Assembly (NCBI GenBank): GCA_037441385.1
Contig: JBBISH010000056.1
Location: forward strand, 1-40,008
Direction of reading: 5' to 3'
DNA length: 40,008 nt
Origin: Myxococcales bacterium
Lineage (GTDB): Bacteria; Myxococcota_A; UBA9042
The stretch's first letter is position 1. Every line of letters begins with the position of its first letter. The notes beneath the pieces were generated by a model. It worked only from the letters and a program-made list of their open reading frames with translations, did not search any database and was not told where the DNA came from. Position numbers and translations under genes: made by a program. Shown here piece by piece: positions 16,634 through 25,803 of the stretch.

Positions 16634-19600
16634 TCAGCCCTCCCGCTCGGCGGCGTCTTGGTCGGCCGCGTCGCCCTGGTCTTCGTCGTCGCTCGGTTGC
16701 CGGACGCCCGCGGTGGCGGGCAGGGCGCGCAACCGGCACAGGCTGGCAAAGGCGCAGTAGTCGCCTGGCGGATTCACTACCGGGCAGACGTCGGCGTGGG
16801 GCACCAAGGCGAAGTCGCCGTGGCGCGCCCGCTCGAGCAGCTGCGACCACAGCGCCTGCAGTCCTGGCAGATCGAGCTCGGACTCGCGGCGCAGGCACAG
16901 GCCTGCGTCCTTTGGCTCGCGCAGGAAGTCGAAGCCGGCGCGGATTGCCGTGTCCTTGGTGGCGCCAACGCCAAAACTGCCGCGGTCGATCGCCGCCTTG
17001 GCAACCAGCGTGTAGAGCGCGACTTGTGGCAGCGTGCGGCGCGCCAGGCCGTCCTTGACCCGTTTGGGCCCGCCCTTCCAGGTCTTGAAGTCGATGATGT
17101 CGAGGTTGGTGCCGTCGGAGCCGCCGGTGAGGCGAATGGCGTCCATCGCGCCGTTGACGGTGAGCTTGGTGCCGTCGGCGAGCGTCAGAACGAACGGCTC
17201 CGCTTCCTTGTCACCACGGAACTGGCCGAATTTCCACTCAGCCCCCGTTTCTTGGACGCCGCCCAGTTCGGCAAATGTCCAAGCGAGTTCAGTCGCCATC
17301 TTCGCAGCCAACCGTTCGATTGCCGTCGTGGCGACAGGCTCGTCGCAAAGGGCCAAGTATTTGTTGACGCCGACGGCAGATTCGATCGATTTCGCAGCCA
17401 ACTCTGGGTCGCACGGGTCGCCGCCCGCCAAGGTCGCCGCTGCCGACCTCACCAGAGCTTTGGCAAGCGGCTTGGCGCGGTCCTTGGCCGTCCAGCCTGG
17501 CTTGGCACGAGGGATCATGGCGTCCAATTCGGCTGCTGCAGCAACCGCGATTTCTGAATCGAAGTTGGCATTGTTGACCTTGCCGGCCGCCTCCTCGGCC
17601 GTCCCCACCGCCCGAACCCGCCCAGCTAGCCACCGCCGCACCTGCCGCTGCCACCGCTCGCCCTGCAATGTGTTCGACCGCCGCTGCGCCGCGCTGCCGC
17701 CAGTCGGTATGTCCGCAAACCGCTCCCCGACCAGTTGCCCAAGCGCCGTGGCCAAGCCATCGATCGCCCCCAGGACATCGTCTTGGGTGGCCGGTCGCCA
17801 CAGTGGGTTGGCGTGCAGCTTCTCCAGCGCCAGGTGCAGGGCATTGCCCACTTCGGCCGCGTCGGGCTCCTCGCCGGCCGCCTCGTCCTCTCTCAGCCGC
17901 AGGGTCTGCTTGGCAAACGCCTGGTACAGGCAGTGGGTCAGGGGCTCGAGGCCGCTGGTGGCCGACAGGTTCTTGTCCTCCGGCCAGCGCGCCGCCGGGG
18001 TGTCGCCGGTCTGCCCCAGCCACGGGCCCGCCCACTCGGGCCGCGCCGGCAGAATTACCTGCAAATAGCCGGCAAGGTCAGCTCCGTCCGGCAGCTTCGC
18101 CGGTTGCCGGTCTGCCACCTCGGCGCCACAGCGCAGCCACTCCAAAGTGGCTTGGCGCGCCAGGTCCGCTTCGTGCGCGCCGCCCTGCTGGCTCAGCTCG
18201 CGCGGCACAGGCTCGTCCACCCGCCGCAGCACCGCCCGCAGCCCGGCCTCGCGACCGCCCACTTCCATGCCGTAGGAGCCCAGGGTGGCGAGCCCCAAAG
18301 CCGCGAGTGCCCGCTGGGCCGTGCCGAAACGGACCTCCGCGCCGGGCACGTTCGCCGTCGCACAGGCCAAGAAGCCGTAGGGCGCGGTGCTGCGCCCCGT
18401 GGCGTCGCGGGCGGCTTGGATGGCCACGGCGCGCTGAGCCCGCCGCACCGCCGCGCACAGCCGGGTCTCCATGGCGTCCAGCCAGGCCTCGCCCTGCAAA
18501 ATCCCCAACGTCGCCAAGGGTTCAGTCGCCAAGAAGGGGCTGGGGGCCGGTGTTTTCCCAAGACCCTTGGCGTGCAGGCCGCTCAGGATCAGCAGCTCGG
18601 CCGGGCGACCGTCGTAGCTGGCATACGGCAGGATCGCCACGCCGCGGTGCAGTTCGCCGCTGGTCGCCGCGCCGGCCAGGGCGTCGTCGAGGTTCTGCCA
18701 AGTGGCGGGCAGGCTTGCCGACTCGTTCAGGGCGGCGAGGATCGCCATCGCTGGGCCGTCGGGTCGCTTGCCGTTCAAGGTCCGCACGCCAAAACCGTTT
18801 AAGAAATCTAGGATTTGTCCCAGGTTGCCTGGCGCCTGCGTCCGGCACGCCGCCAGCCAGCGCACGCGGGCCAGGGCGACCAACGCGGCCCGCTTGTCGT
18901 AATCGCCCTCCGCTCCGTTGGCCACGCCCTGCAGCTGCGCGAGCCACCGCCCCAGCGGCGCACGGCCGATGCGGCACGCGTGGACCGCCTGGCCTAGACG
19001 CTGGCCCGGCACCCAGGGGCCCAGCGGCGCCTTGCCCTCGGCCACCGGCTCGGCGCGCGGTTCGTCGCCTTGGACTGGCGCCACCGTCGCCATTTGGTCA
19101 AGGAGTTCGATCCCTTTCTCGGTCCAGCCGTGGACCAGCATCCGATGTTGCATCAGCTTAGCCAAGTCGGCGGCGCTGAGCGTCGGCTCGCTCGCCTCGG
19201 CAAACCATGGCAACACCAGGCGCAGCAGGGACGTTAGGGCGTGGCTCCGCAAGGGCTGGCCCTCGTCGTCATTGGCGGGCACGTCGGCGCGGTAACAGGC
19301 GGCTCGGATGCGCGCGGCGTCGTCGGCCTGGGTCACCAGCACCACGCATCGCGCCAGATCGCCGCCTTGGCGCCGATGCTCGGCCAACATGGCGGCGCTG
19401 GCGCGGGCCTCGGCCACCACATCCGCGGCCGCCAGCATGTCGATCTCCACGCGTCCGGTGTGGACTGGCGGTGCGGCCAGGTGAGCTGCCCCCAGGGCGT
19501 TCAGGAGCCGCCACTCGGGGTGCGCGGTCAGATGCCCCGGCAGCGGCGTCTGGCCGCCATCCAACGAAAAGCCGACGGCGTACACGTGCACGTAGCGGTG

Positions 19601-20029
19601 CTCGGGCCCCAGGTCCTTGCCGGCCGACTCGGCCAATTCGCACAAGCGGAGCAGATTGCTGCTGGCAGCCCCCAACGGACCGTCGGCGACCAGGTGGGCC
19701 AGCTCCGGCCGGTGTCCCTGTCCCAGCAGCGCGATGCGGTCGGCGAGCTCGCTCCACTGCTGGGCCAGGCTCGGGCGTTCATGGAGCTGCGCGGCCAGCA
19801 CCGGGTCGCGCGGCACCACCGGCGTCGCGACGAGCGCGGCGCCCTGGTTGGCCAGGACCCGCGCCGCTAGACCCAGAGGTGTCGCCACCTCCAGGCCCAA
19901 GGCGCCACCCGCTGCGGCCACTTGCCTGCGGACCTCGGCCACGCTGGCCCCAGACGCGCACAGCACCAACGTAGGGGTCGCGGGGTGGGCGTGCTCCAAG
20001 ACTGGGAGCAACCAGTTCGCGGTTGGCAT
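16634..20029 (-). CDS. addB: AddB-like PD-(D/E)xK nuclease subunit
   Basis: LSATSGLE..HCLYQAF, GNALHLALE, GAMDAI..IIDFKT, QVALY and a C-terminal C..YCAFASLCR Fe-S motif; directly upstream of addA. Confidence 0.75.
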   Translation of the reverse strand: MPTANWLLPVLEHAHPATPTLVLCASGASVAEVRRQVAAAGGALGLEVATPLGLAARVLANQGAALVATPVVPRDPVLAAQLHERPSLAQQWSELADRIALLGQGHRPELAHLVADGPLGAASSNLLRLCELAESAGKDLGPEHRYVHVYAVGFSLDGGQTPLPGHLTAHPEWRLLNALGAAHLAAPPVHTGRVEIDMLAAADVVAEARASAAMLAEHRRQGGDLARCVVLVTQADDAARIRAACYRADVPANDDEGQPLRSHALTSLLRLVLPWFAEASEPTLSAADLAKLMQHRMLVHGWTEKGIELLDQMATVAPVQGDEPRAEPVAEGKAPLGPWVPGQRLGQAVHACRIGRAPLGRWLAQLQGVANGAEGDYDKRAALVALARVRWLAACRTQAPGNLGQILDFLNGFGVRTLNGKRPDGPAMAILAALNESASLPATWQNLDDALAGAATSGELHRGVAILPYASYDGRPAELLILSGLHAKGLGKTPAPSPFLATEPLATLGILQGEAWLDAMETRLCAAVRRAQRAVAIQAARDATGRSTAPYGFLACATANVPGAEVRFGTAQRALAALGLATLGSYGMEVGGREAGLRAVLRRVDEPVPRELSQQGGAHEADLARQATLEWLRCGAEVADRQPAKLPDGADLAGYLQVILPARPEWAGPWLGQTGDTPAARWPEDKNLSATSGLEPLTHCLYQAFAKQTLRLREDEAAGEEPDAAEVGNALHLALEKLHANPLWRPATQDDVLGAIDGLATALGQLVGERFADIPTGGSAAQRRSNTLQGERWQRQVRRWLAGRVRAVGTAEEAAGKVNNANFDSEIAVAAAAELDAMIPRAKPGWTAKDRAKPLAKALVRSAAATLAGGDPCDPELAAKSIESAVGVNKYLALCDEPVATTAIERLAAKMATELAWTFAELGGVQETGAEWKFGQFRGDKEAEPFVLTLADGTKLTVNGAMDAIRLTGGSDGTNLDIIDFKTWKGGPKRVKDGLARRTLPQVALYTLVAKAAIDRGSFGVGATKDTAIRAGFDFLREPKDAGLCLRRESELDLPGLQALWSQLLERARHGDFALVPHADVCPVVNPPGDYCAFASLCRLRALPATAGVRQPSDDEDQGDAADQDAAEREG

Positions 20030-20237
20030 GGCGATTCTCCTCGTTGCATCTGTGCGACTGCAGGAGGGTGCGCCGTCGCCGTTTGCACGGTCAAGCGCTG
20101 TTGCGTTGGCTGTGTCACAGCTTGATTGGGTAGCAACTGCGGCGCTACTGCCGGCAGCCTACAACTGCGCTTGGCCCAGCACTCGCCAACCGCTCCCAGG
20201 TCCGCCCGGCCCAACTCACCGCCCTTAAGAACAAAAG

Positions 20238-20358
20238 CCCCTCTCTCCAGTGCGTTGGAGAAGGGGACCCCGCGGTGGCGCCAAAAGCGCCACGCCCGAA
20301 GTCCAGCGGACTCCGGGCGAGCGGGGAGGCAGCCGGCTGGGCCGGCGGGGAGAGAGGC
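20238..20358. repeat. REP-like palindromic repeat
   Basis: CCCCTCTCTCCA...TGGAGAAGGGGACCCCGCGGTG is shared with the copies at 1-87 and ~35430-35614. Confidence 0.55.
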
Positions 20359-20367
20359 GGCGTTATC

Positions 20368-22170
20368 TCAGTACGCCGACAGCTTGTACCCAGTCCGTTC
20401 GACAGCCTCCGCCGCCACCTTGCGCCGCAGCGGCAACAAGGCGATCGGCAGGTCCGCCTGGATCTTGGCAATCTTCTGCAGCCACGGCTCGGCCGCCTCG
20501 CCAGCAAAGCAGTTGTGGATCATGCGCTTGGCGATCGGGCCGGCGCGGTCCAGCGCTTCCACCGCGGCGATGCAGCTCACCGCTTCGGCGATCTCGTCGC
20601 CCTTCTTGCTCTGCAGCGTGCGCGCCACCGCCGAGTCGACCGCATAGCAGTCGATGAGCAGGTTCGACAGCTGCATCAGAGTCTCTTGCTCGCCGTCCAG
20701 CGCCATGCCAAACCGCGTCGAGGTCGCCTGCGCCATCAGCATGGTCAGCCACTTCAGGCGCTGCAGGGCAGCCTGGGCGTTGCCCATCACGTCGCCATCG
20801 GCCGGGGTAGCGGCCAAGTCACCGCCCGCCAGACGCTTCTCCAGTTCGGCCAGCGCGCCGAACAGGCCCAAGCGCTTCTGCATCGTGCGCTTGAACAGCG
20901 TGCCGGGGACAAGCATGCGGTTGATCTCGTTGGTGCCCTCGAAGATGCGGTTGACGCGGGCGTCGCGCACGAACTTCTCGACGTTGTAGTCCTCGACAAA
21001 GCCGTAGCCGCCGTGCCACTGCAGCGCGCGGTCCAGCAGGCGGTCCAGGGCTTCGGAGCCGTAGACCTTGGCGATCGACGCCTCGATGGCGTACTCCTCG
21101 ATCGCCGCCATGGTTTTCTCAACGTAGTCCGGCGAGTTGACGTCCAACCCGGCCAGACGCGCGTCGATGTAACCCGCCACGCGATACACCAGCGACTCGC
21201 CCAGGTACAGACCCACCATCGAGTCCGCGACTTGCTCGCGGATGCCGCCAAAGTCCGCGACCCGCGTGTTGAATTGCTTGCGGTCCTTGGCGTATTGCAG
21301 GGCCTCGGCAAAGGCGCGCTTGCCGAGCGACAGCACGCCGCCGGCCAGCTTGTAGCGGCCCAAATTCAGCGTGTTGAACGCCACCTTGTGGCCCTTGCCC
21401 ACCTCGCCCAGCACGTTCTCCACCGGGATCGGCGAGTCGGTGAAGATCAGCTGGCAGGTCGACGAGCCGCGGAGGCCCAACTTGTGCTCCTCGGTGCCGT
21501 GCGTGAAGCCGGGGGTGCCGCGCTCGACGATGAACGCGGTGAATTTGTCGCCGTCGACCTTGGCGAACACGATGCCCACGTCGGCCCACGCCGCATTGGT
21601 GATCCACTGCTTGGTGCCGTTCAGGATGTAGTGGGTGCCCTCGTCGTTCAGCTTGGCGACGGTGCGGGCGGCCAGCGCGTCCGAGCCCGAGCCCGGCTCG
21701 CTCAGCGCGTAGCACGAGATGACCTCGCCCGCGGCGATGCGGCTGGCAAACTTGTGCTTCTGCTCGTCGTTGCCAAAGTAGAGGATGGGCGCCATGCCGA
21801 TGCCCGAGTGAGCGCCCCAAGTGACGCAGAAATCGCCGGAATTGCCCAGCTTGTCGGCGATGAGCAGGCTGGTGACCTTGTCGGCGCCCAGGCCGCCGAA
21901 TTTCTCGGGCACTTCCACCAGCGCGAAGCCCTGCTCGCAGGCCTTCTTGACCAGCTTGACCATGTCTTTGCTGGCCTTGCCGTCCTTGCTCTCGAGCCAG
22001 CGCTCTTTGGGCAGGACGTTCTTTTCCATGAAGCGGCTTGCCTCCAGGGCCATCGCGCGCTGCTCTTCGCTCAGGTCCTCGACCGAGAAAATCCGATGAG
22101 CGCCAGCGGGTTCAATCAAGAAGCTGCCGCCAGCGGGGGCGGCCGAAAGGGCGTTTGCGGTGTCGGTCAT
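20368..22170 (-). CDS. Acyl-CoA dehydrogenase (FadE-like)
   Basis: CYALSEPGSGSDA, LNGTKQWITNA, KLGLRGSST, RKQF, QWHGGYGF and RIFEGTNEI motifs. Confidence 0.95.
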   Translation of the reverse strand: MTDTANALSAAPAGGSFLIEPAGAHRIFSVEDLSEEQRAMALEASRFMEKNVLPKERWLESKDGKASKDMVKLVKKACEQGFALVEVPEKFGGLGADKVTSLLIADKLGNSGDFCVTWGAHSGIGMAPILYFGNDEQKHKFASRIAAGEVISCYALSEPGSGSDALAARTVAKLNDEGTHYILNGTKQWITNAAWADVGIVFAKVDGDKFTAFIVERGTPGFTHGTEEHKLGLRGSSTCQLIFTDSPIPVENVLGEVGKGHKVAFNTLNLGRYKLAGGVLSLGKRAFAEALQYAKDRKQFNTRVADFGGIREQVADSMVGLYLGESLVYRVAGYIDARLAGLDVNSPDYVEKTMAAIEEYAIEASIAKVYGSEALDRLLDRALQWHGGYGFVEDYNVEKFVRDARVNRIFEGTNEINRMLVPGTLFKRTMQKRLGLFGALAELEKRLAGGDLAATPADGDVMGNAQAALQRLKWLTMLMAQATSTRFGMALDGEQETLMQLSNLLIDCYAVDSAVARTLQSKKGDEIAEAVSCIAAVEALDRAGPIAKRMIHNCFAGEAAEPWLQKIAKIQADLPIALLPLRRKVAAEAVERTGYKLSAY

Positions 22171-22324
22171 GGCGTGGCTCCAAGGTGGGCATGTGGTGAA
22201 AGAGTGGGTCCAGGGGCGGTTGCGGCTACGCGCGAGCACAGCGCGTGCCATACTACGACCGGCGCGGGGCGAAACTCAATCGCTTCGCCGCACCGCGTTA
22301 GTGCGTCATTCTATTGGAGAATCC

Positions 22325-24139
22325 ATGGTTGCTGTGGATCAGCTGGCTCCGGCTTCGTCAGAAATTTGTAACGACCGCGAGCCTGCAGAGGGGTGGCGGC
22401 GCTGGGTGGTCGTGTGGCTGACCCTTGGCGTGGCGGCCTGTGCGACGCCGCAAGTCATCGCAGTGCCCGAGATGCCCAGGCAAACTGCGGCGTTCCATGT
22501 GCAACCCGGCGACACCGGCCGTCACTTCGCGGTGGCGACGGCGCACCCGTTGGCTACCCAGGCGGCGGCTCAGGCCTTGCAGCGCGGTGGCACGGCCGCG
22601 GATGCCCTGGTGGCGGCTAGTTTGGTGCTCACCGTGGTGACGCCGCAGTCCACGGGGATTGGGGGAGGCGGATTCGCGGTGGTGGTGCCGGCGGGTGCTC
22701 CGGCGCAGGCCGTCGACTTTCGCGAGACCGCGCCGGCAGCTACGCGGCGCGAAGACTATTTGGACACGGAAGGCCGACCCATCGCCGCGCGCAGCCAAAA
22801 CCACGGGCTGGCCGTGGCCGTGCCGGGCTACGTGGCAGGCTTGGTCGAGATCCATCGCCGATGGGGACGCCTGGCTTGGACAGAGTTGGCGGAACCGGCG
22901 ATCGCGGCTGCGGAAAACGGCGTGTCTGTTACGCCTCAGTTGGCCCAGGCGATCGCGCTGCGCTGGCCAACACTGAGCCCGGCCGCCCGCTTGGTGTTTG
23001 GGCAAGGCGACCGGCCCTTGGCGGTGGGCGCGCAGCTTCGGCAGCCGGCGTTGGCCGCAACGCTGCGCCAGCTCGCCGAGGATCCGCTGTCGTTCTATAG
23101 GGGTAGCATTGCCCAAGACGTGACGTCCGCCGTGCGGTCCGCGGGTGGGCGCCTGACCACCGCCGATCTGCAGGGCTACCGCGTCCGCGTGGAACCGGCT
23201 CTGACTGGCGAGGTTTTTGGCCACTTGGCCTACACGATGCCGCCGCCGTCGGCGGGGGGGGCGCAGTTGCTCGCGGCCGCGCCGTGGCTGGACGAGTGGT
23301 TGGCCCACGGCCCCAGCAGCGCCGCCCTCGACGACCACGCGCTCGTTGAGTCGATGCGCCGCTCGTTCTGGTTGCGCCTGGCCTTTTCCAAGGACGAGCC
23401 CGTGTTCCGACTGGGCGAGGTCTACCCAGAGGCGGCGCGGGCCCGGCTGGCCGCGGATTTTGACCCGGAGCACGCCCGGCCCACTGCCGCGCTGCCCAAG
23501 CTGGCCCAGGGCGATGACAAGCTAGAGAAGCATGAAAATACTAGCCATATCTCGATCCTCGACGCCGATGGCATGGCCGTCGCCTCCACGCACACGGTCA
23601 ATCTGCTGCTTGGCGCCGGGCTTGTCGCTCCCCGCACGGGTATCGTGCTCAACAACGAGATGGACGACTTCAGCTTTGCGGTGGGTGCGCAAAACTACTT
23701 TGGTTTGGCTGGGTCTGTGGCCAATCTGGTGCGGCCAGGGGCGCGGCCGGTGTCGTCCATGGCGCCGTTGGTGCTCATGGAGGGGCCGCCGGCTCAACCT
23801 GGCGCGGCCTGGCTGGTCGTGGGTGCGCCCGGAGGGACGCGGATCACCACGACCGTCTTGCAGGTGGTCTTTCGCGTGGCGCGTCGGGGTGCGGACTTGG
23901 CGCAGGCGGTCGCCTCGCCGCGGGTCCATCACCAAGCGCTGCCGGACCAGGCCGAGGTGGAGGAGGGGCTTCAAGCGGCTGCCCGCACACAGCAATTGCA
24001 GGGACGCGGGCACACGGTCGTCGTCAAGCCGCCGTGGTGCAATGTACAGGCGGTGCTCCGTCGCGCCGGGCCGGGCCAGACGGTCGATTGGTTTGCCGCG
24101 GCCGACCCACGCGGCGAGGGGACGGCCGTCGCCAGGTAG
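22325..24139 (+). CDS. ggt: Gamma-glutamyltransferase
   Basis: STGIGGGGF, DFRETAP, AVPGYV, N-TSHISI autocleavage site, LNNEMDDFS, RPVSSMAP, GAPGG and ADPRG motifs. Confidence 0.93.
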   Translation: MVAVDQLAPASSEICNDREPAEGWRRWVVVWLTLGVAACATPQVIAVPEMPRQTAAFHVQPGDTGRHFAVATAHPLATQAAAQALQRGGTAADALVAASLVLTVVTPQSTGIGGGGFAVVVPAGAPAQAVDFRETAPAATRREDYLDTEGRPIAARSQNHGLAVAVPGYVAGLVEIHRRWGRLAWTELAEPAIAAAENGVSVTPQLAQAIALRWPTLSPAARLVFGQGDRPLAVGAQLRQPALAATLRQLAEDPLSFYRGSIAQDVTSAVRSAGGRLTTADLQGYRVRVEPALTGEVFGHLAYTMPPPSAGGAQLLAAAPWLDEWLAHGPSSAALDDHALVESMRRSFWLRLAFSKDEPVFRLGEVYPEAARARLAADFDPEHARPTAALPKLAQGDDKLEKHENTSHISILDADGMAVASTHTVNLLLGAGLVAPRTGIVLNNEMDDFSFAVGAQNYFGLAGSVANLVRPGARPVSSMAPLVLMEGPPAQPGAAWLVVGAPGGTRITTTVLQVVFRVARRGADLAQAVASPRVHHQALPDQAEVEEGLQAAARTQQLQGRGHTVVVKPPWCNVQAVLRRAGPGQTVDWFAAADPRGEGTAVAR

Positions 24140-24304
24140 TGCAGGGCGGCAGCGACACTGGCTGCAACAAAACGAAACAATATCCAAAGATTTTGGATTT
24201 GCGGCGGCGGCAAATCGAACTTGCGAGTCCGGTGCCGCTGCTGCTAGGCTGTGATGCTCGTCTGGCGACACTCGCCGCCACGGTCAGCTTGGGGGTGCCT
24301 TTCC

Positions 24305-25759
24305 ATGTTCCGATTCTCTGCAGCGTTCTTGGCCGTTTTGACCCTATCCGCCTGCGGCAGCTCGCCGTCGTCGTCGGGAGGCTCCGCCGCTACTGGGGAC
24401 ACCGTCTCGGATAGCGGCGCGGGCACAGGCGACATCAGCAAAACGGATACGGGCACGGGCGACACCAGCAAGGCCGACAGCAGCAGCAGCGGAGCCGACG
24501 TGGCCAACCAGGACACTGGCCAGTCCAGCGACGAAATTGCCAAGCAACTGGCCGCCGCCAAGAAGGCTGAGTCCGATCTGCTCCAGGCCTTCTGCAAAGA
24601 GAACTTGGTCTGCGACACGGGGCTGTTCTGGTCCAACACGGCCGCGTGCCAAGACTACCTCAAGGTCGAAGGCGGCCTGGTGTTCTTCACCGACGGGCTG
24701 AGCGCCATCGCCGCGGGCCGGGCCACCTTCGACAGCGCCTCGCTCGCCGCCTGCATCGCCACCTTTGACGCCAAGTGCACCTTCTTCAACGCTCCAGACG
24801 TGCCCGCCCCCTGCCTGGCTCTGTTCAAGGGTTTGGTCGACAACAACTTTGCCTGCGACCGCGACCTGGACTGCAAGTCGAGCTACTGCTACCACAGCGC
24901 GGCGAACGACCCGGCCTGCGTCGGCACATGCAAGCCCAAGGTGGCCACCGGGGCTGTTTGCGAGAGCAACGCCCAGTGCCCCGCGGGCAATATCTGCAAC
25001 GCCGACGGCAAGTGCGCCGCCATCAAAGCCGCGGTCAAGGGCGAGAGCTGCCTCGACTTCGCCTGTGCCGAAGGCCTGTTGTGCCTGGCTGTGGGCGATA
25101 CGTCGCCGGTCTGCGTCGAGCCGGGCGCTGCCGGTGCGACGTGCACGCCCTACGACTACTCGTGCGCGGCCGGTTTGTACTGCAAGGCCCCCGACTCGGA
25201 CAGCGACGGTGTCTGCACGGCGGCCATCAAGTCCGGCGACGGCTGCGACAAAGACGCCTGGTACAACGGCGGCACGGAGAATCCCTGCGAAAAAGGCTAT
25301 GTGTGCGTCGACCAGCCCGCGGGCGTCACGCCCACCGGCGCCACCTGCAAGGCCATGGTCAAAGTGGGCGAGAACTGCCTGAGCACGGACCAGTGCGATG
25401 GTCTGGACCAGGAATGCTGGGAGTACCAAGACGGCTCGATGAAGTGCGACTACATGCCCGGTAAGGGCGAAGACTGCACGCCCCTGTCGCAAGATGACTT
25501 GGATGCCGGCTACTTGGACTGCCTGCCGCCCTTGGTTTGCGACGGCACTACCAGCAAGTGCGTGGACCGGCCCGCCGCCGGCAAGGCCTGCATCGAGGCC
25601 AAGTGCGCCAGCGGTCTGGTCTGCAACGACACAGAAAAGTGCAGCGAGCCCGGCAAGGTGGGGGCCAGCTGCACCACCTACACCGACGGCAGCAGCGACT
25701 GTGCCGCGGGCCTTGTCTGCGGCGCTGGCGATAAGTGCCAGACGCCCATCTGCAAATAG
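24305..25759 (+). CDS. Cys-rich repeat lipoprotein (myxobacterial type)
   Basis: Lipobox LSAC, Ser/Gly/Asp/Thr linker and many repeated G..C....C..GL.C modules. Confidence 0.85.
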   Translation: MFRFSAAFLAVLTLSACGSSPSSSGGSAATGDTVSDSGAGTGDISKTDTGTGDTSKADSSSSGADVANQDTGQSSDEIAKQLAAAKKAESDLLQAFCKENLVCDTGLFWSNTAACQDYLKVEGGLVFFTDGLSAIAAGRATFDSASLAACIATFDAKCTFFNAPDVPAPCLALFKGLVDNNFACDRDLDCKSSYCYHSAANDPACVGTCKPKVATGAVCESNAQCPAGNICNADGKCAAIKAAVKGESCLDFACAEGLLCLAVGDTSPVCVEPGAAGATCTPYDYSCAAGLYCKAPDSDSDGVCTAAIKSGDGCDKDAWYNGGTENPCEKGYVCVDQPAGVTPTGATCKAMVKVGENCLSTDQCDGLDQECWEYQDGSMKCDYMPGKGEDCTPLSQDDLDAGYLDCLPPLVCDGTTSKCVDRPAAGKACIEAKCASGLVCNDTEKCSEPGKVGASCTTYTDGSSDCAAGLVCGAGDKCQTPICK

Positions 25760-25803
25760 GTCCTCTCCAGCAACTCGGCCACGCGGCCGCGCAAGCGAGC
25801 ATC

